The notes under the pieces are model-generated. The model saw only the letters and a list, made by a program, of their open reading frames with translations. It did no database searches and was not told the DNA's origin. 64,000 bases of DNA from IMG/VR virus record IMGVR_UViG_3300038427_000078; one strand, 5' to 3'. The translations under genes and the position numbers were made by a program. Position 1 is the first letter of the stretch; every line of letters starts with the position of its first letter. The stretch is from a virus. Below, piece by piece: positions 44,238 to 53,757 of this stretch.

Positions 44238-44840
44238 ATGAGTGCATCTCGCGTCCAAATCCCTATAGTCGTCCAGTCGCTCGTTGAAGTCGAAACGGTC
44301 GAAAAAGTCGCGGTCAAGGTCGTTGTCCCTGTCCATGAAGCCAAAGTCGAAATCAAACGACGCGATGGCAACCCGATCAAAGTCTACGAAACGGAGTCCG
44401 GGGCGGAAATCTCGAACAAACTGCTCACGGACACTAACGGACAGGTCAAAGCATGGGTCGAAGAAGGCCCATATCTCATCACCGCAGAAGGCGGCGAACC
44501 AAACATCGCCCTCACCAACTACACCTTCGACGCCATCACGGGTCGGGGTGTTGAACACGTTGCGGATGAAGTCGTTGCCCTCACCGACCTCGTATTGGCC
44601 CAGCAGAGCTTCTTTGTCCCCATCGGCACTGTGTTGCTCTACGGTGGAGAAGCCGCAGCGCCTCCTACGGGGTTCCTGACGTGCTCCGGGCAGGAAGTGG
44701 CGCAGGCGACCTACCCCGTCCTGTATGGTAAACTGAAAGCTAAATATGGATCAGCTTCCGCAGGTAACTTCCGCCTCCCTACTGGCCTCATCGAAAACGT
44801 CGCGAAACAGACGTTCGTTTCCATCATACGTCACGACTGA
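44238..44840 (+). CDS. tail-collar domain protein
   Basis: VPIGTVLLY..PPTGFLTCSGQ..TYPVLY..FRLP. Confidence 0.8.
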   Translation: MSASRVQIPIVVQSLVEVETVEKVAVKVVVPVHEAKVEIKRRDGNPIKVYETESGAEISNKLLTDTNGQVKAWVEEGPYLITAEGGEPNIALTNYTFDAITGRGVEHVADEVVALTDLVLAQQSFFVPIGTVLLYGGEAAAPPTGFLTCSGQEVAQATYPVLYGKLKAKYGSASAGNFRLPTGLIENVAKQTFVSIIRHD

Positions 44841-44846
44841 AACCCT

Positions 44847-47800
44847 ATGCTGACTCTCGAAGCTAAGGCGGCGGCTTGGGATAAGAGCGACATCGAGATG
44901 ACTCCATCCGAGAGGGCGTACACACTCAATCCAACGGAACAAAGGGTGAAGGCCATTCAGAATGAGCGCATCGACCAGTGGAGACTCAAGAAGCTTAGCC
45001 CCGAGCCCACGCAGACTAAGATGGCGACAGAAACTCGAACTCAGCAGCTACGTCGAGCGGAAGGGTTAGAGCAAGAACACGGTCAGCCAGATATGTCGGT
45101 GCCCGTACATGACTTTGGCAACGGGTGGACTATCCGCGAACCTCAGACTCTAGGCGACCTCCGTCGCGAGGGTGAGTTGATGGGAAACTGCTTTAGGCCC
45201 GAGTGTCACGAAGGAATTGCTGAAACCATAAATCCTGAGTATCAACCTTATGCAAAGTTTGTGACCATGGGTGGTCAACCGATGAAATTTGGTGAAAGAA
45301 CTGAACGTGCGTCGGGTCAACCTGTTCTAGTTGGTAACCTACATGAGATTCCATGGAATGCACCGATACGAGAGAAGGGTCGGTACTTTTCATTGCGCGA
45401 TCCCGACAACCTACCTCACGTTAGCATTGATCATACAGATGATTACAACGGTGTATTGGGCAAGCATAACGTTGAGCCAAAGCCCGAGCATCGGGAAATG
45501 GTAGATGATTGGGAAACGAAAGAGTTTGGGGAACCCCTTGGAGGATTCCGTGAGAGTAGTTTCAAGAAAGATGAGATGCACATTGGTGCAGGTGTTCCTA
45601 GCCAAGCCGGGGTTGAGATAAACCAATGGGTACACGATCAGAAGTGGCCCGAAGGCACGGAGCTTGAGGATGTGGATGAGTATCACATCACCATGTTGTT
45701 CTTGCAGGGAGAAGGTGCTGGTGAGCATCGAGATGATGACTGGACTCATGAGCGTCATGCGGTCACCGTCAAGGGCATCAAGGAGTTTCCTCCGAGCAAA
45801 GAAAAGAGCAAAGAAGGGTTGCACCCTATCGTGCTGCTCGTAGAGGGTGAGTCTCTACAGGACCACCATGAAGCGCTAGTGGACAAGGCCGAGGATAGGG
45901 GTCTAGAGGTCGGGGAGTACACTCGCGACAAATACTCACCGCACATCACCATCGCCTACGGCCCGAGCCTGCCAGATGGTATCTCGCCGCCCACCATCAC
46001 ATTCGAGACAGAAGAGTCCAGCGTGAGCGATGCTCGCGAGGATCGCACGCTCGATGACATCTTCGGTGACGCGGATGGCAGCTACGGTGATATGTGGGTG
46101 AACAAGACCGAGAAAAAGGTCTACTGGTCGTTCGGGGATTGGGAGCCAGAGCTAAGCGACGAGGCCAAGCCTCTCATTGAAAAGGAGTACCCCGGCTTCA
46201 AGTACGACGGCGAATCCGAGCAGGGCGATCCGGGCGAGCACACTGAGTACAACCGTGACACGAAAGAGATGGACCGTACCAAGGTACCGGGGTGGAAAAC
46301 GATCTACCAGAGGGGTGAGAAGGTCAGCAAGGTTGCTCGCAGTGAATGGGTCTGCCCCGAGTGTAACCATTCGGAGTTCGATGGTGGAGAAAACTCAGAC
46401 GCGATGCTCTGCCCGAACTGCGAGAGCGAGATGTACCCTTACCCACGCGAGGACTTCTACGACACGCTCAGGTCTGAGGACTTGCCCGAGGGTGGGTTGT
46501 GGCACATGGCACCCACAGAGGAACGAGCACGCATCCAGCAGCACGGCCTACAGCCTGCGCATCCGAAGGACAACCCTCAGTGGCAGAACGTGTTCGGTAT
46601 CGAGTTCCAGCCCGAGGGAGTGTACGGCACTCCCTACGAGGAGGGTACCTCCTATTGGGGATTCCCCACCGAGAAGGACAAGTGGTTCGTCCCGGCTGAC
46701 CAGATCAAAGAGATGAACCGTGACCCGCTCACGCGGGCTATGTCTGTCCCTCACGCAGTGCAGCCACAACTTCACACACCAGCCGAGGAGCATTGGGATT
46801 GGAAGAACAAGACGATCCCACAGCCGCATGACTACTATGAGTCAATGGTGAAGGTGGCATCCGAGTACCCGATAGTGGACTGGCCCAGGCTCGCAGCCGA
46901 CATCTTGGACAAAGGGCTAGCTCCGAAGGGTATGCCTCGCCCGCTAGGGGAGCACCCGACGCTAGGGTTGCGCCCGGTGCCGTGGACACAGAAGAACCTC
47001 AACGAGCCAGAGCAGGGTTCAGGGTGGGGTATGGTACACGCCGACCGTTCCAAAAAAGCGAGGGAGAACAGCTTGTGCCTACTGTGCGGTGAGCCGGTGG
47101 ACCAGGGCAAAGTGTTCGTAGATGTGAAAGCCCGCAAGGAGTTCGCAGACGAGTACGGTCACGATGACCTACTCCCGTGGGCGCGTGCGGATCAGTCGTC
47201 ACCTATCGTGGACAGGGGTGCTATGCACGACCGATGCGCCGAGCTAACAGCGGCTCACTGCCCGCATATCAAGGACGCGATCAACAACGGAGGGGTACTC
47301 CAAGCACCTTATCGCAAGGACGCTCCGGGTAGCCCGCTTTCACAGTCACTCAAGCAGCGATGGGAACAGCAGATGGCACCAGCCACCGGGTTCCCCGATC
47401 CCAACTACATCACGCCGGAAGAGTGGATGCGGATGAAGAGTGAATCCTCAGACTCATGGAGGCCCAAGACACTCTGGCCTCCGGGTGAGTCAGAAGGGGA
47501 GGGTACCACTCCCGATCATGGTGACGTGAGCGCACCTTACACACCACGCAACCCTCTAGAGCGCACAGACGACGAATGTCACTGTGGGGAGGGTACCCAT
47601 TGTGAGGTTCACAACCCGTTCGTCCCCAAGGGTAACGAGGGTGACGGTTCACGCTCATGGCGAACCGCTAGTGAACAACCGATGTCAGAATGCCCTGATT
47701 GTGAACAAGACTGGCGCGAGATAGAACTAGATCGTGACCGCCTATGCCCTATGTGTGGAGGACAGGTAGTACCGCTGGAACCAACAGCGCCGAAGATTCA

Positions 47801-48119
47801 TACACCGCAATCTGACTGGCACACCGACGCCGGGTGGAGTGGTATTCCGCAGGCATTCGGTAGGGTAGGTGCGGATGAGTATGACAGCCGTGAGTACCAG
47901 GACTCACACATGCTCGCGCCCAACCTTCCCAACGAGAAGTCATTCGCCATGGACGCGGATGGTAACTACCGGGGTTGCACTTGTGAGTGGGATAAGCTGA
48001 AATGCCCGATTCACGGTATGAACCCGGAGAAGGAAGATCCCGGCATGGAGTGGAGCATCGCGCAGGGTTCACCCGTGGGATGGCATGAGGAAAACTACAC
48101 CAAACACAATGACACCTAA
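44847..48119 (+). CDS. 1090-aa multidomain protein (PcfJ-like, 2H phosphoesterase, ART-like, Zn ribbons)
   Basis: LRREGELMGNC/FSLRDPDNLPH; YHITM...PHITIAY (two HxT motifs); LWHMAP...IQQHGLQP...GVY. Confidence 0.7.
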   Translation: MLTLEAKAAAWDKSDIEMTPSERAYTLNPTEQRVKAIQNERIDQWRLKKLSPEPTQTKMATETRTQQLRRAEGLEQEHGQPDMSVPVHDFGNGWTIREPQTLGDLRREGELMGNCFRPECHEGIAETINPEYQPYAKFVTMGGQPMKFGERTERASGQPVLVGNLHEIPWNAPIREKGRYFSLRDPDNLPHVSIDHTDDYNGVLGKHNVEPKPEHREMVDDWETKEFGEPLGGFRESSFKKDEMHIGAGVPSQAGVEINQWVHDQKWPEGTELEDVDEYHITMLFLQGEGAGEHRDDDWTHERHAVTVKGIKEFPPSKEKSKEGLHPIVLLVEGESLQDHHEALVDKAEDRGLEVGEYTRDKYSPHITIAYGPSLPDGISPPTITFETEESSVSDAREDRTLDDIFGDADGSYGDMWVNKTEKKVYWSFGDWEPELSDEAKPLIEKEYPGFKYDGESEQGDPGEHTEYNRDTKEMDRTKVPGWKTIYQRGEKVSKVARSEWVCPECNHSEFDGGENSDAMLCPNCESEMYPYPREDFYDTLRSEDLPEGGLWHMAPTEERARIQQHGLQPAHPKDNPQWQNVFGIEFQPEGVYGTPYEEGTSYWGFPTEKDKWFVPADQIKEMNRDPLTRAMSVPHAVQPQLHTPAEEHWDWKNKTIPQPHDYYESMVKVASEYPIVDWPRLAADILDKGLAPKGMPRPLGEHPTLGLRPVPWTQKNLNEPEQGSGWGMVHADRSKKARENSLCLLCGEPVDQGKVFVDVKARKEFADEYGHDDLLPWARADQSSPIVDRGAMHDRCAELTAAHCPHIKDAINNGGVLQAPYRKDAPGSPLSQSLKQRWEQQMAPATGFPDPNYITPEEWMRMKSESSDSWRPKTLWPPGESEGEGTTPDHGDVSAPYTPRNPLERTDDECHCGEGTHCEVHNPFVPKGNEGDGSRSWRTASEQPMSECPDCEQDWREIELDRDRLCPMCGGQVVPLEPTAPKIHTPQSDWHTDAGWSGIPQAFGRVGADEYDSREYQDSHMLAPNLPNEKSFAMDADGNYRGCTCEWDKLKCPIHGMNPEKEDPGMEWSIAQGSPVGWHEENYTKHNDT

Positions 48120-48630
48120 GATCAAACATGGCACGCAAGGTGCCTACTGCAATCACAAATGTCGATGTGAGCTTTGCCGACAGGCTCATCGTGAATATCA
48201 ATACGAGTGGAATCGACGGAATCCAACACGGATAAAACGAGAAAAACGAGAATCGTATCAACGCCATAAAGCGAAAAGACTTGAGGCAATGGCTGAGTAT
48301 CATAGAACTCAAATAGGTATGGATACTATGAAACGTGCCGATGTCAAACGTCGTGCTCTCAAGAGGAGCGCGTACGTTGAAAAGGTTGATCGTTTAGAGC
48401 TATACATTCGTGACGTAGGTGTCTGTCAAAAATGTCTTGAGCCAATTTCTGAGCAAAAGTTGGTACTTGATTGGCTCAACGGCAAATCAGAGTCGGTAGT
48501 GCAGCGACCCTCCGAGGATCATATCGTCCCTCTTAGCAAAGGTGGCGAGCATAGCTATGCCAATGTGCAGCTTATGCACTTTGGTTGCAATAGCAGTAAG
48601 AACAGTCACTTAGGCGGTCACGAAGCCTAA
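48109..48630 (+). CDS. HNH homing endonuclease
   Basis: CQKC...EDHIVPLSKGGEHSYANVQLMHFGCN. Confidence 0.9.
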   Translation: MTPKIKHGTQGAYCNHKCRCELCRQAHREYQYEWNRRNPTRIKREKRESYQRHKAKRLEAMAEYHRTQIGMDTMKRADVKRRALKRSAYVEKVDRLELYIRDVGVCQKCLEPISEQKLVLDWLNGKSESVVQRPSEDHIVPLSKGGEHSYANVQLMHFGCNSSKNSHLGGHEA

Positions 48631-48659
48631 GCCCTTGACAAGCATGCTATAGTGTAGGC

Positions 48660-48971
48660 ATGAGGGCCAGAAGGCAGAAGCAGTTCTACGTTGAGGCCGA
48701 CGTGGTGATGCTACACTCTGACGAGGACGGTCATCTCAAGAGGGTCGAACGCGAGCGTGGTCAGTTGGTCTACGCGAGGGGTCCGATAGAGGCCCAAGAG
48801 CGAGCGGTGGAGTCTTGGCCGAGTGAAGCCATCACAGTCAAGACCGTCCTCCCGGTACGGAACATACGCCTCGCGCGTAGGATGGTCGAGGGAGACAGCT
48901 ACAACCCCGAGTGGGACTACAACCAAGGTATGATCGAGGAAGCTGTAGAAGCTATGGAGCCAGAAGAGTGA
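48660..48971 (+). CDS. hypothetical protein
   Basis: follows a TTGACA/TATAGT promoter. Confidence 0.6.
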   Translation: MRARRQKQFYVEADVVMLHSDEDGHLKRVERERGQLVYARGPIEAQERAVESWPSEAITVKTVLPVRNIRLARRMVEGDSYNPEWDYNQGMIEEAVEAMEPEE

Positions 48972-49294
48972 GACAGATCAAGGGCAAGCGCAGCCACCGG
49001 CGCACAAAGGTCTACGTCATCGAGGCTACGATCAAAGACTTCGATCTTGAGTTCGAGTTCGATGAAGATGGCGAAATGGACGTGGACGTAGTAGCTGTCG
49101 AAAGGCATGTCCTCGCGCCGGTCCTCGCGCACGGTCCCGAACAAGCCGTGAGGCGCGTGATCGGCATCCGGCAAGAGAACGTCGAGGGCATCCGAAGGAT
49201 TCGCTCGAAGGGGCTGCTACGTGCTATACTCACGCCTGACAATGAAATCTTCGATCTACATAGAGGCGAACTGGAAGAACAGGCGGGGCTGTGA
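48968..49294 (+). CDS. hypothetical protein (distant paralog of 48660-48971)
   Basis: shared pattern YV.EA...VER...V.A.GP..A..R. Confidence 0.6.
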   Translation: MRQIKGKRSHRRTKVYVIEATIKDFDLEFEFDEDGEMDVDVVAVERHVLAPVLAHGPEQAVRRVIGIRQENVEGIRRIRSKGLLRAILTPDNEIFDLHRGELEEQAGL

Positions 49295-49584
49295 GTAGGA
49301 TCAAGCGATACCACCTGCGGTCATTCGATGACCGCATCCAGCCACCACCGCCAACGGACGACTTGGACTTGGCTCTCGCGGCCACGGCGACCTACCCGGT
49401 GGACGTGTGGGACACGCAGTACGAGCGATTCATCCAGCCCATCGAAGATGACCTCCAATACCGCGAACTGCTCTATCGCCTCTACGCGAAACGGGCCAAG
49501 CTCAAACCCCGGTGGGGCAACATCGCCCTCGCCTGCTTCATCGTCATCACTCTAGGGTACTGCACCTATGTCATCACGCGCTAA
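49291..49584 (+). CDS. hypothetical protein with C-terminal TM
   Basis: GTGA coupling. Confidence 0.6.
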   Translation: MSRIKRYHLRSFDDRIQPPPPTDDLDLALAATATYPVDVWDTQYERFIQPIEDDLQYRELLYRLYAKRAKLKPRWGNIALACFIVITLGYCTYVITR

Positions 49585-49849
49585 CCTCACCCCCGGCAAG
49601 GACGCCCTCAAGCTGGCCGAGATAATCGGCAGGGAACAGGGCATCCGCGTGCTCCACGGGAGGACCAACGGGAGGGACTGCCTCCACCTATACAAGACTG
49701 AGCGGATGGACAAACCCGTGCGGCTGTCGTACACGATCTACGAGCAGGCCGAATGGGATCACCACCCGTGGAACTACACGGTACGCAAAAAGGACAAGCG
49801 AGAGAACGCCGACATCATCGCGGCGGTCAAGAACAGGGAGGCAGTGTAA
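49568..49849 (+). CDS. hypothetical protein
   Basis: coupled ORF. Confidence 0.6.
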   Translation: MSSRANLTPGKDALKLAEIIGREQGIRVLHGRTNGRDCLHLYKTERMDKPVRLSYTIYEQAEWDHHPWNYTVRKKDKRENADIIAAVKNREAV

Positions 49850-50091
49850 TGGATCAGTCGGGACAGGTCTACTTTCTCAGCACCGAGGCACCCGAGCAGA
49901 CGGTCGAGGACGTGGCCCGCTACAAGCAGGCGTTGGCGGCTGAGCTACTTGGACAGTCTGTCCCGGTGGACACAAATCCGCCCGCAGACGAGCCGAGAAT
50001 CCTCGCCCAAACGTGTGACGATTGCGGCGATAACGTCGTTGAGCAGGGGCAGGGTACCACTTGCGGATCATGCCTCGCGGAAAGGCCGTGA
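49849..50091 (+). CDS. Zn-ribbon protein
   Basis: CDDC...CGSC; TAATG coupling. Confidence 0.55.
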   Translation: MDQSGQVYFLSTEAPEQTVEDVARYKQALAAELLGQSVPVDTNPPADEPRILAQTCDDCGDNVVEQGQGTTCGSCLAERP

Positions 50092-50330
50092 TGGAGGTCG
50101 ATTGGGAGGCTCAGCGTGTCCGTAAACGCGAAATCGAAGCACAGAACATCAAGGACACCAAGTTTCAGACACGGCCTGCGGGGAAGGCTCCGGTCATCCC
50201 CATAGACCAGGACAAGGTGAAGCCGTTCACGCGCGAGGAGATTGAGGCGAAAGCCAAAGACCCTGCGCACCAAGTCAACGTCTACACCCGGCCCTCGCAC
50301 AAGCGCTATGACTTCGATGGCCGAGGCTAG
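50091..50330 (+). CDS. hypothetical protein
   Basis: TGATG coupling. Confidence 0.55.
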   Translation: MEVDWEAQRVRKREIEAQNIKDTKFQTRPAGKAPVIPIDQDKVKPFTREEIEAKAKDPAHQVNVYTRPSHKRYDFDGRG

Positions 50331-50484
50331 AGCGTGGAACAAGCTAGAGTGCCTAGTGCGCTTCGCCATGCCTGAACGCATCGTGACCATCGAAGAAGCC
50401 GCAAGGCTCGCCCGGTGCGAGGTTGAGTGGACGGACATCGAGGACCGCCCCGGCTACGCCGTAGTTGAGTGCGTGCGTAGCGTA

Positions 50485-50534
50485 TAGAACAAACGTCCAT
50501 CGCCCTTGACATCGCTTACGCTATGCTGTAGGCT
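50485..50534 (+). promoter_or_regulatory. operator box plus SigA promoter (copy 1 of 7)
   Basis: TAGAACAAACGTCCA-N6-TTGACA-N17-TAGGCT. Confidence 0.85.
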
Positions 50535-50541
50535 ACCGATC

Positions 50542-50721
50542 ATGGAAACACGACTCCACCCCGAGCAGCAGGCCAAGGTCGTCGCAGACTTCCAGTCTGA
50601 GGACACCGACCTACAGCGGGATGCCATCGCGGTGTTCTGCGAGCACGACATGACCATCCACGACGTTGCGGCGATGGTGCAGTCGGTGGAGCGTGACGAG
50701 GACGCGCTAGGGTACAACTGA
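50542..50721 (+). CDS. hypothetical protein
   Basis: leaderless start after the promoter. Confidence 0.55.
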   Translation: METRLHPEQQAKVVADFQSEDTDLQRDAIAVFCEHDMTIHDVAAMVQSVERDEDALGYN

Positions 50722-50845
50722 TGCAGAGCTTGCGCAAGGCACTCGCCACGCAGTACGGCATCACCGTCAACGGCAAGTATCGATGGTGGACCGTCAGCGA
50801 GCTTCTGAGCATCGCACGCAAGGCTGTCGAAGCGGGCGTGATCGA

Positions 50846-51115
50846 GTGATCGTCGCCCTCTACATCGTCATCGGCCTCTGGCTGCTCACGTCGTGGGTGC
50901 TCTACCTTCGTCTACGCGGCGCGTACAAGAGCGGACGCGGCAAGGTGTGGGCGACCATCATCGGCTTTGGCCGGGTGGAGCTTCACGCGCCTCTGGCGCA
51001 GTATGCAGTCTGCGCATGGGTGGTCGGGTTCATGTGGGCGTCCTTCGTCCCGCATCTGATCTTCCGTCTGTTCGGTCGCCGTGGCTTCTACAACAAGGCT
51101 CTTGACATACGCTAA
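50846..51115 (+). CDS. membrane protein
   Basis: two hydrophobic helices. Confidence 0.55.
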   Translation: MIVALYIVIGLWLLTSWVLYLRLRGAYKSGRGKVWATIIGFGRVELHAPLAQYAVCAWVVGFMWASFVPHLIFRLFGRRGFYNKALDIR

Positions 51116-51136
51116 TCACCTGATATACTGCCTAGC

Positions 51137-53209
51137 ATGATCCCGACCAAAGACGAATCCAAGACGCTCAGCAACATCGACGGACAGAAGATCGCCATGG
51201 GCATCGACCAGAAGTCACTGCCCCACCTGATGAACCTTCTGAGCAAACCGTACAACGACCCCGAAGCTGCGGTGGTCCGCGAGTACAGCACCAACGCGCT
51301 CGACTCCCACGTCGAGGCAGGACAGACGCGACCCATCGAGGTCACGACCCCCACCGCGCTCGACCCCAAGTTCATCGTGCGTGACTTCGGCGTCGGCCTC
51401 AACCGCGTGGACATCGAAGAGACTTTCTCGCAGTACGGCGCGAGCACGAAGCGCGAAACGAACGAGCAGGTTGGCTCGCTTGGCATCGGCTCCAAGAGCG
51501 CATTCGCCTACACGTCACAGTTTACGGTCGTTGGGATCAAGGACGGAATCAAGACGATCATCGACGTGGCGAAGGACGACGAGGGCGGAGGCGTGATGAC
51601 CGTGGTGGACGAGATACCGACCGACGAGGGCAACGGCGTCACGATCATGGTCCCTGTGCAGCGTCACAACGACTTCGAGGACAAGGCCAAGGCTCTGTTC
51701 CGCTACTGGCAGCCCGGAACCGTGCTGCTCAACGGCAAGGAACCCGAGCACATCGAGGGCTTGCCTCTCACCGACAGCATCATGCTGGTGGACAAGGGCC
51801 ACTACCGCGACCAGTCAGTCGTGGTCATGGGCAACGTGCCCTATGAGATTCCGCCCGAGATTGAGCCGCTGAAAGGCGCACTCAATAACCGCCGCGTGGT
51901 CGCGACCGTGCCTATCGGTGACGTGAGCTTCACACCGGGGCGCGAGAGCCTTGAACTCAGCAACCGCACGAAGGCCCGCCTTGAGACACTGAACGAGGAA
52001 GCGTCTACTGCCCTCGCCGTGTCGATCCAGAGTGACATCGACGCCGCCCCGGACAAGGCTGACGCGCTGCGCAAAGCGACTGACTGGCGGCGTACGTTCG
52101 ACCGTCAGTACCTTCACCCAACCGCAGTGAAAGCGCTGGACGACCTGTCTTACCAGGGCAAGCCTGTTCCCAAGTCACTGCAACTCCCCAAGAACAAGAA
52201 CGAAAAGGGTGAAGAAACGCGGCCCAAGCTGAAAATAAGTGACAGGTTCGCGTCGAAGCTCAGTGACACGACGACACAGCAGTACATCGAAGCTGTCACA
52301 GCTTTGCAGTCGATCCTTGTCACCGGCTACACCGCCGACAGCTTCACCCCTTCACACAAGAAGAAACTGGTCGCTCACTGCGACGAGCACGACATCGATG
52401 GCAACATGTACGTCATGCTCAATGGCACGATGCCCGAGGACGTAGAGTGGTTCGACGTGCCGATTATCAAGTGGGAGGACGTGAAGCTAATCAAGCTCGA
52501 CCGTACCCAGGTCAACGTTGAAGGCTCGCGTAAGACCCTTCTCGGCTCCTATGACGTGCATGACGGTGGATGCTTCACCATCGAGAAGAAAGCCGACGAG
52601 CTTGAAGGCGACCTCTACTACTACACGCCTCAGACCTACGAGTGCTACGGCTACGACAGCAAACGCAAGCAGGAGCAGGCCGAGCGTGCGCAGGCGGAAC
52701 TCTTCGCCAAGTACCGCCCCGGTGCGATGCTGATCCGGCTTGGCCTCAACCGCATCGCCAAGTTCAAGCGCGATTTCCCCAACGGGGCAGAAGCCAAACC
52801 CGAGCTTGTCAAGATGCACGCCGAGCTTGTCAAGACTCTCGGCACCGATGGCTTGCAGGCTCTCGCACTCCGCGAAGCTGGTGGCACATCGAAGCTCGAA
52901 GAGCTTGACGCTGATCTTGTCGAAGATCCTGCGCTCAAGCGGGCCATCGAACTCGCGAACACCGATGTCAGCGCCATCGCGGAAGCTCTCCGGGCCTTCC
53001 AGAATCAGCACTTGAACCTCACGGTCAAGAACCCGCTGGCGAACGTCAAGGCGTACGACCTTGACGAGCACTACCCTCTTGCCGCGCATGTCAAAGCCTA
53101 CCACTACAACCGTCGTGGGAAGGACTCCGAAAAGCTGCGCTGGCACATGATTATTTATCTAAATGCTGCGTACGAAACAGAACAGGAGCTTGAAAATGCG
53201 AATCAGTGA
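51137..53209 (+). CDS. rIIA-like protein (GHKL/Hsp90-like ATPase)
   Basis: VREYSTNALDSH, VRDFGVG, YGASTK, GSLGIGSKS. Confidence 0.85.
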   Translation: MIPTKDESKTLSNIDGQKIAMGIDQKSLPHLMNLLSKPYNDPEAAVVREYSTNALDSHVEAGQTRPIEVTTPTALDPKFIVRDFGVGLNRVDIEETFSQYGASTKRETNEQVGSLGIGSKSAFAYTSQFTVVGIKDGIKTIIDVAKDDEGGGVMTVVDEIPTDEGNGVTIMVPVQRHNDFEDKAKALFRYWQPGTVLLNGKEPEHIEGLPLTDSIMLVDKGHYRDQSVVVMGNVPYEIPPEIEPLKGALNNRRVVATVPIGDVSFTPGRESLELSNRTKARLETLNEEASTALAVSIQSDIDAAPDKADALRKATDWRRTFDRQYLHPTAVKALDDLSYQGKPVPKSLQLPKNKNEKGEETRPKLKISDRFASKLSDTTTQQYIEAVTALQSILVTGYTADSFTPSHKKKLVAHCDEHDIDGNMYVMLNGTMPEDVEWFDVPIIKWEDVKLIKLDRTQVNVEGSRKTLLGSYDVHDGGCFTIEKKADELEGDLYYYTPQTYECYGYDSKRKQEQAERAQAELFAKYRPGAMLIRLGLNRIAKFKRDFPNGAEAKPELVKMHAELVKTLGTDGLQALALREAGGTSKLEELDADLVEDPALKRAIELANTDVSAIAEALRAFQNQHLNLTVKNPLANVKAYDLDEHYPLAAHVKAYHYNRRGKDSEKLRWHMIIYLNAAYETEQELENANQ

Positions 53210-53726
53210 CGAGCAGGGATATTGGTTGGCGGGGTACCTTGACGGTGAGGCCACCTTCAACTGTTCTATTTACATACCAAAATCCAAAGAGCGCAAACGT
53301 GCGGCTCGTAATGTCAATATCGAAATGAGGGTGGCTGCTCGCGCGGATGAGTATCTTCTACTTAGTGAATGTCGTGAACTGACAGGATTGGGTAATCTGT
53401 ACTATCGTCCTAAGCAGACCGGCGAGGGATATCCGGTCAATGGCAAGCCGTGTTGGGTATGGACCGTTGCGTCAAAGGCAGATTGCCAAGCGCTAGTCGA
53501 GCTTCTTGAGCGCTACCCTCTGCGTAGTAAGAAGCGCAGAGATTTTGAGATTTGGGCGCAGATCGTTGACGAGTCGGCTAAGCGTAAGCCTGCCGTCCGA
53601 GGGGCTAGTATCAACGATCCAACACGCATCGAAGAACTTGCTAGGGAGCTAAAGGCAGTACGGCAATATGACGCTCTCTACGAGGTAGTAGACACCATCA
53701 ATACAACAAACGTCCAGTCGGCTTGA
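53196..53726 (+). CDS. LAGLIDADG homing endonuclease
   Basis: WLAGYLDGEATF; YPLRSKKRRDFEIW. Confidence 0.9.
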   Translation: MRISDEQGYWLAGYLDGEATFNCSIYIPKSKERKRAARNVNIEMRVAARADEYLLLSECRELTGLGNLYYRPKQTGEGYPVNGKPCWVWTVASKADCQALVELLERYPLRSKKRRDFEIWAQIVDESAKRKPAVRGASINDPTRIEELARELKAVRQYDALYEVVDTINTTNVQSA

Positions 53727-53751
53727 CAGGACGACGAAAGTGAGGTAGACT
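53706..53751 (+). promoter_or_regulatory. operator box plus SigA promoter (copy 2)
   Basis: ACAAACGTCCA-N6-TTGACA-N17-TAGACT. Confidence 0.85.
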
Positions 53752-53757
53752 CAAGCC

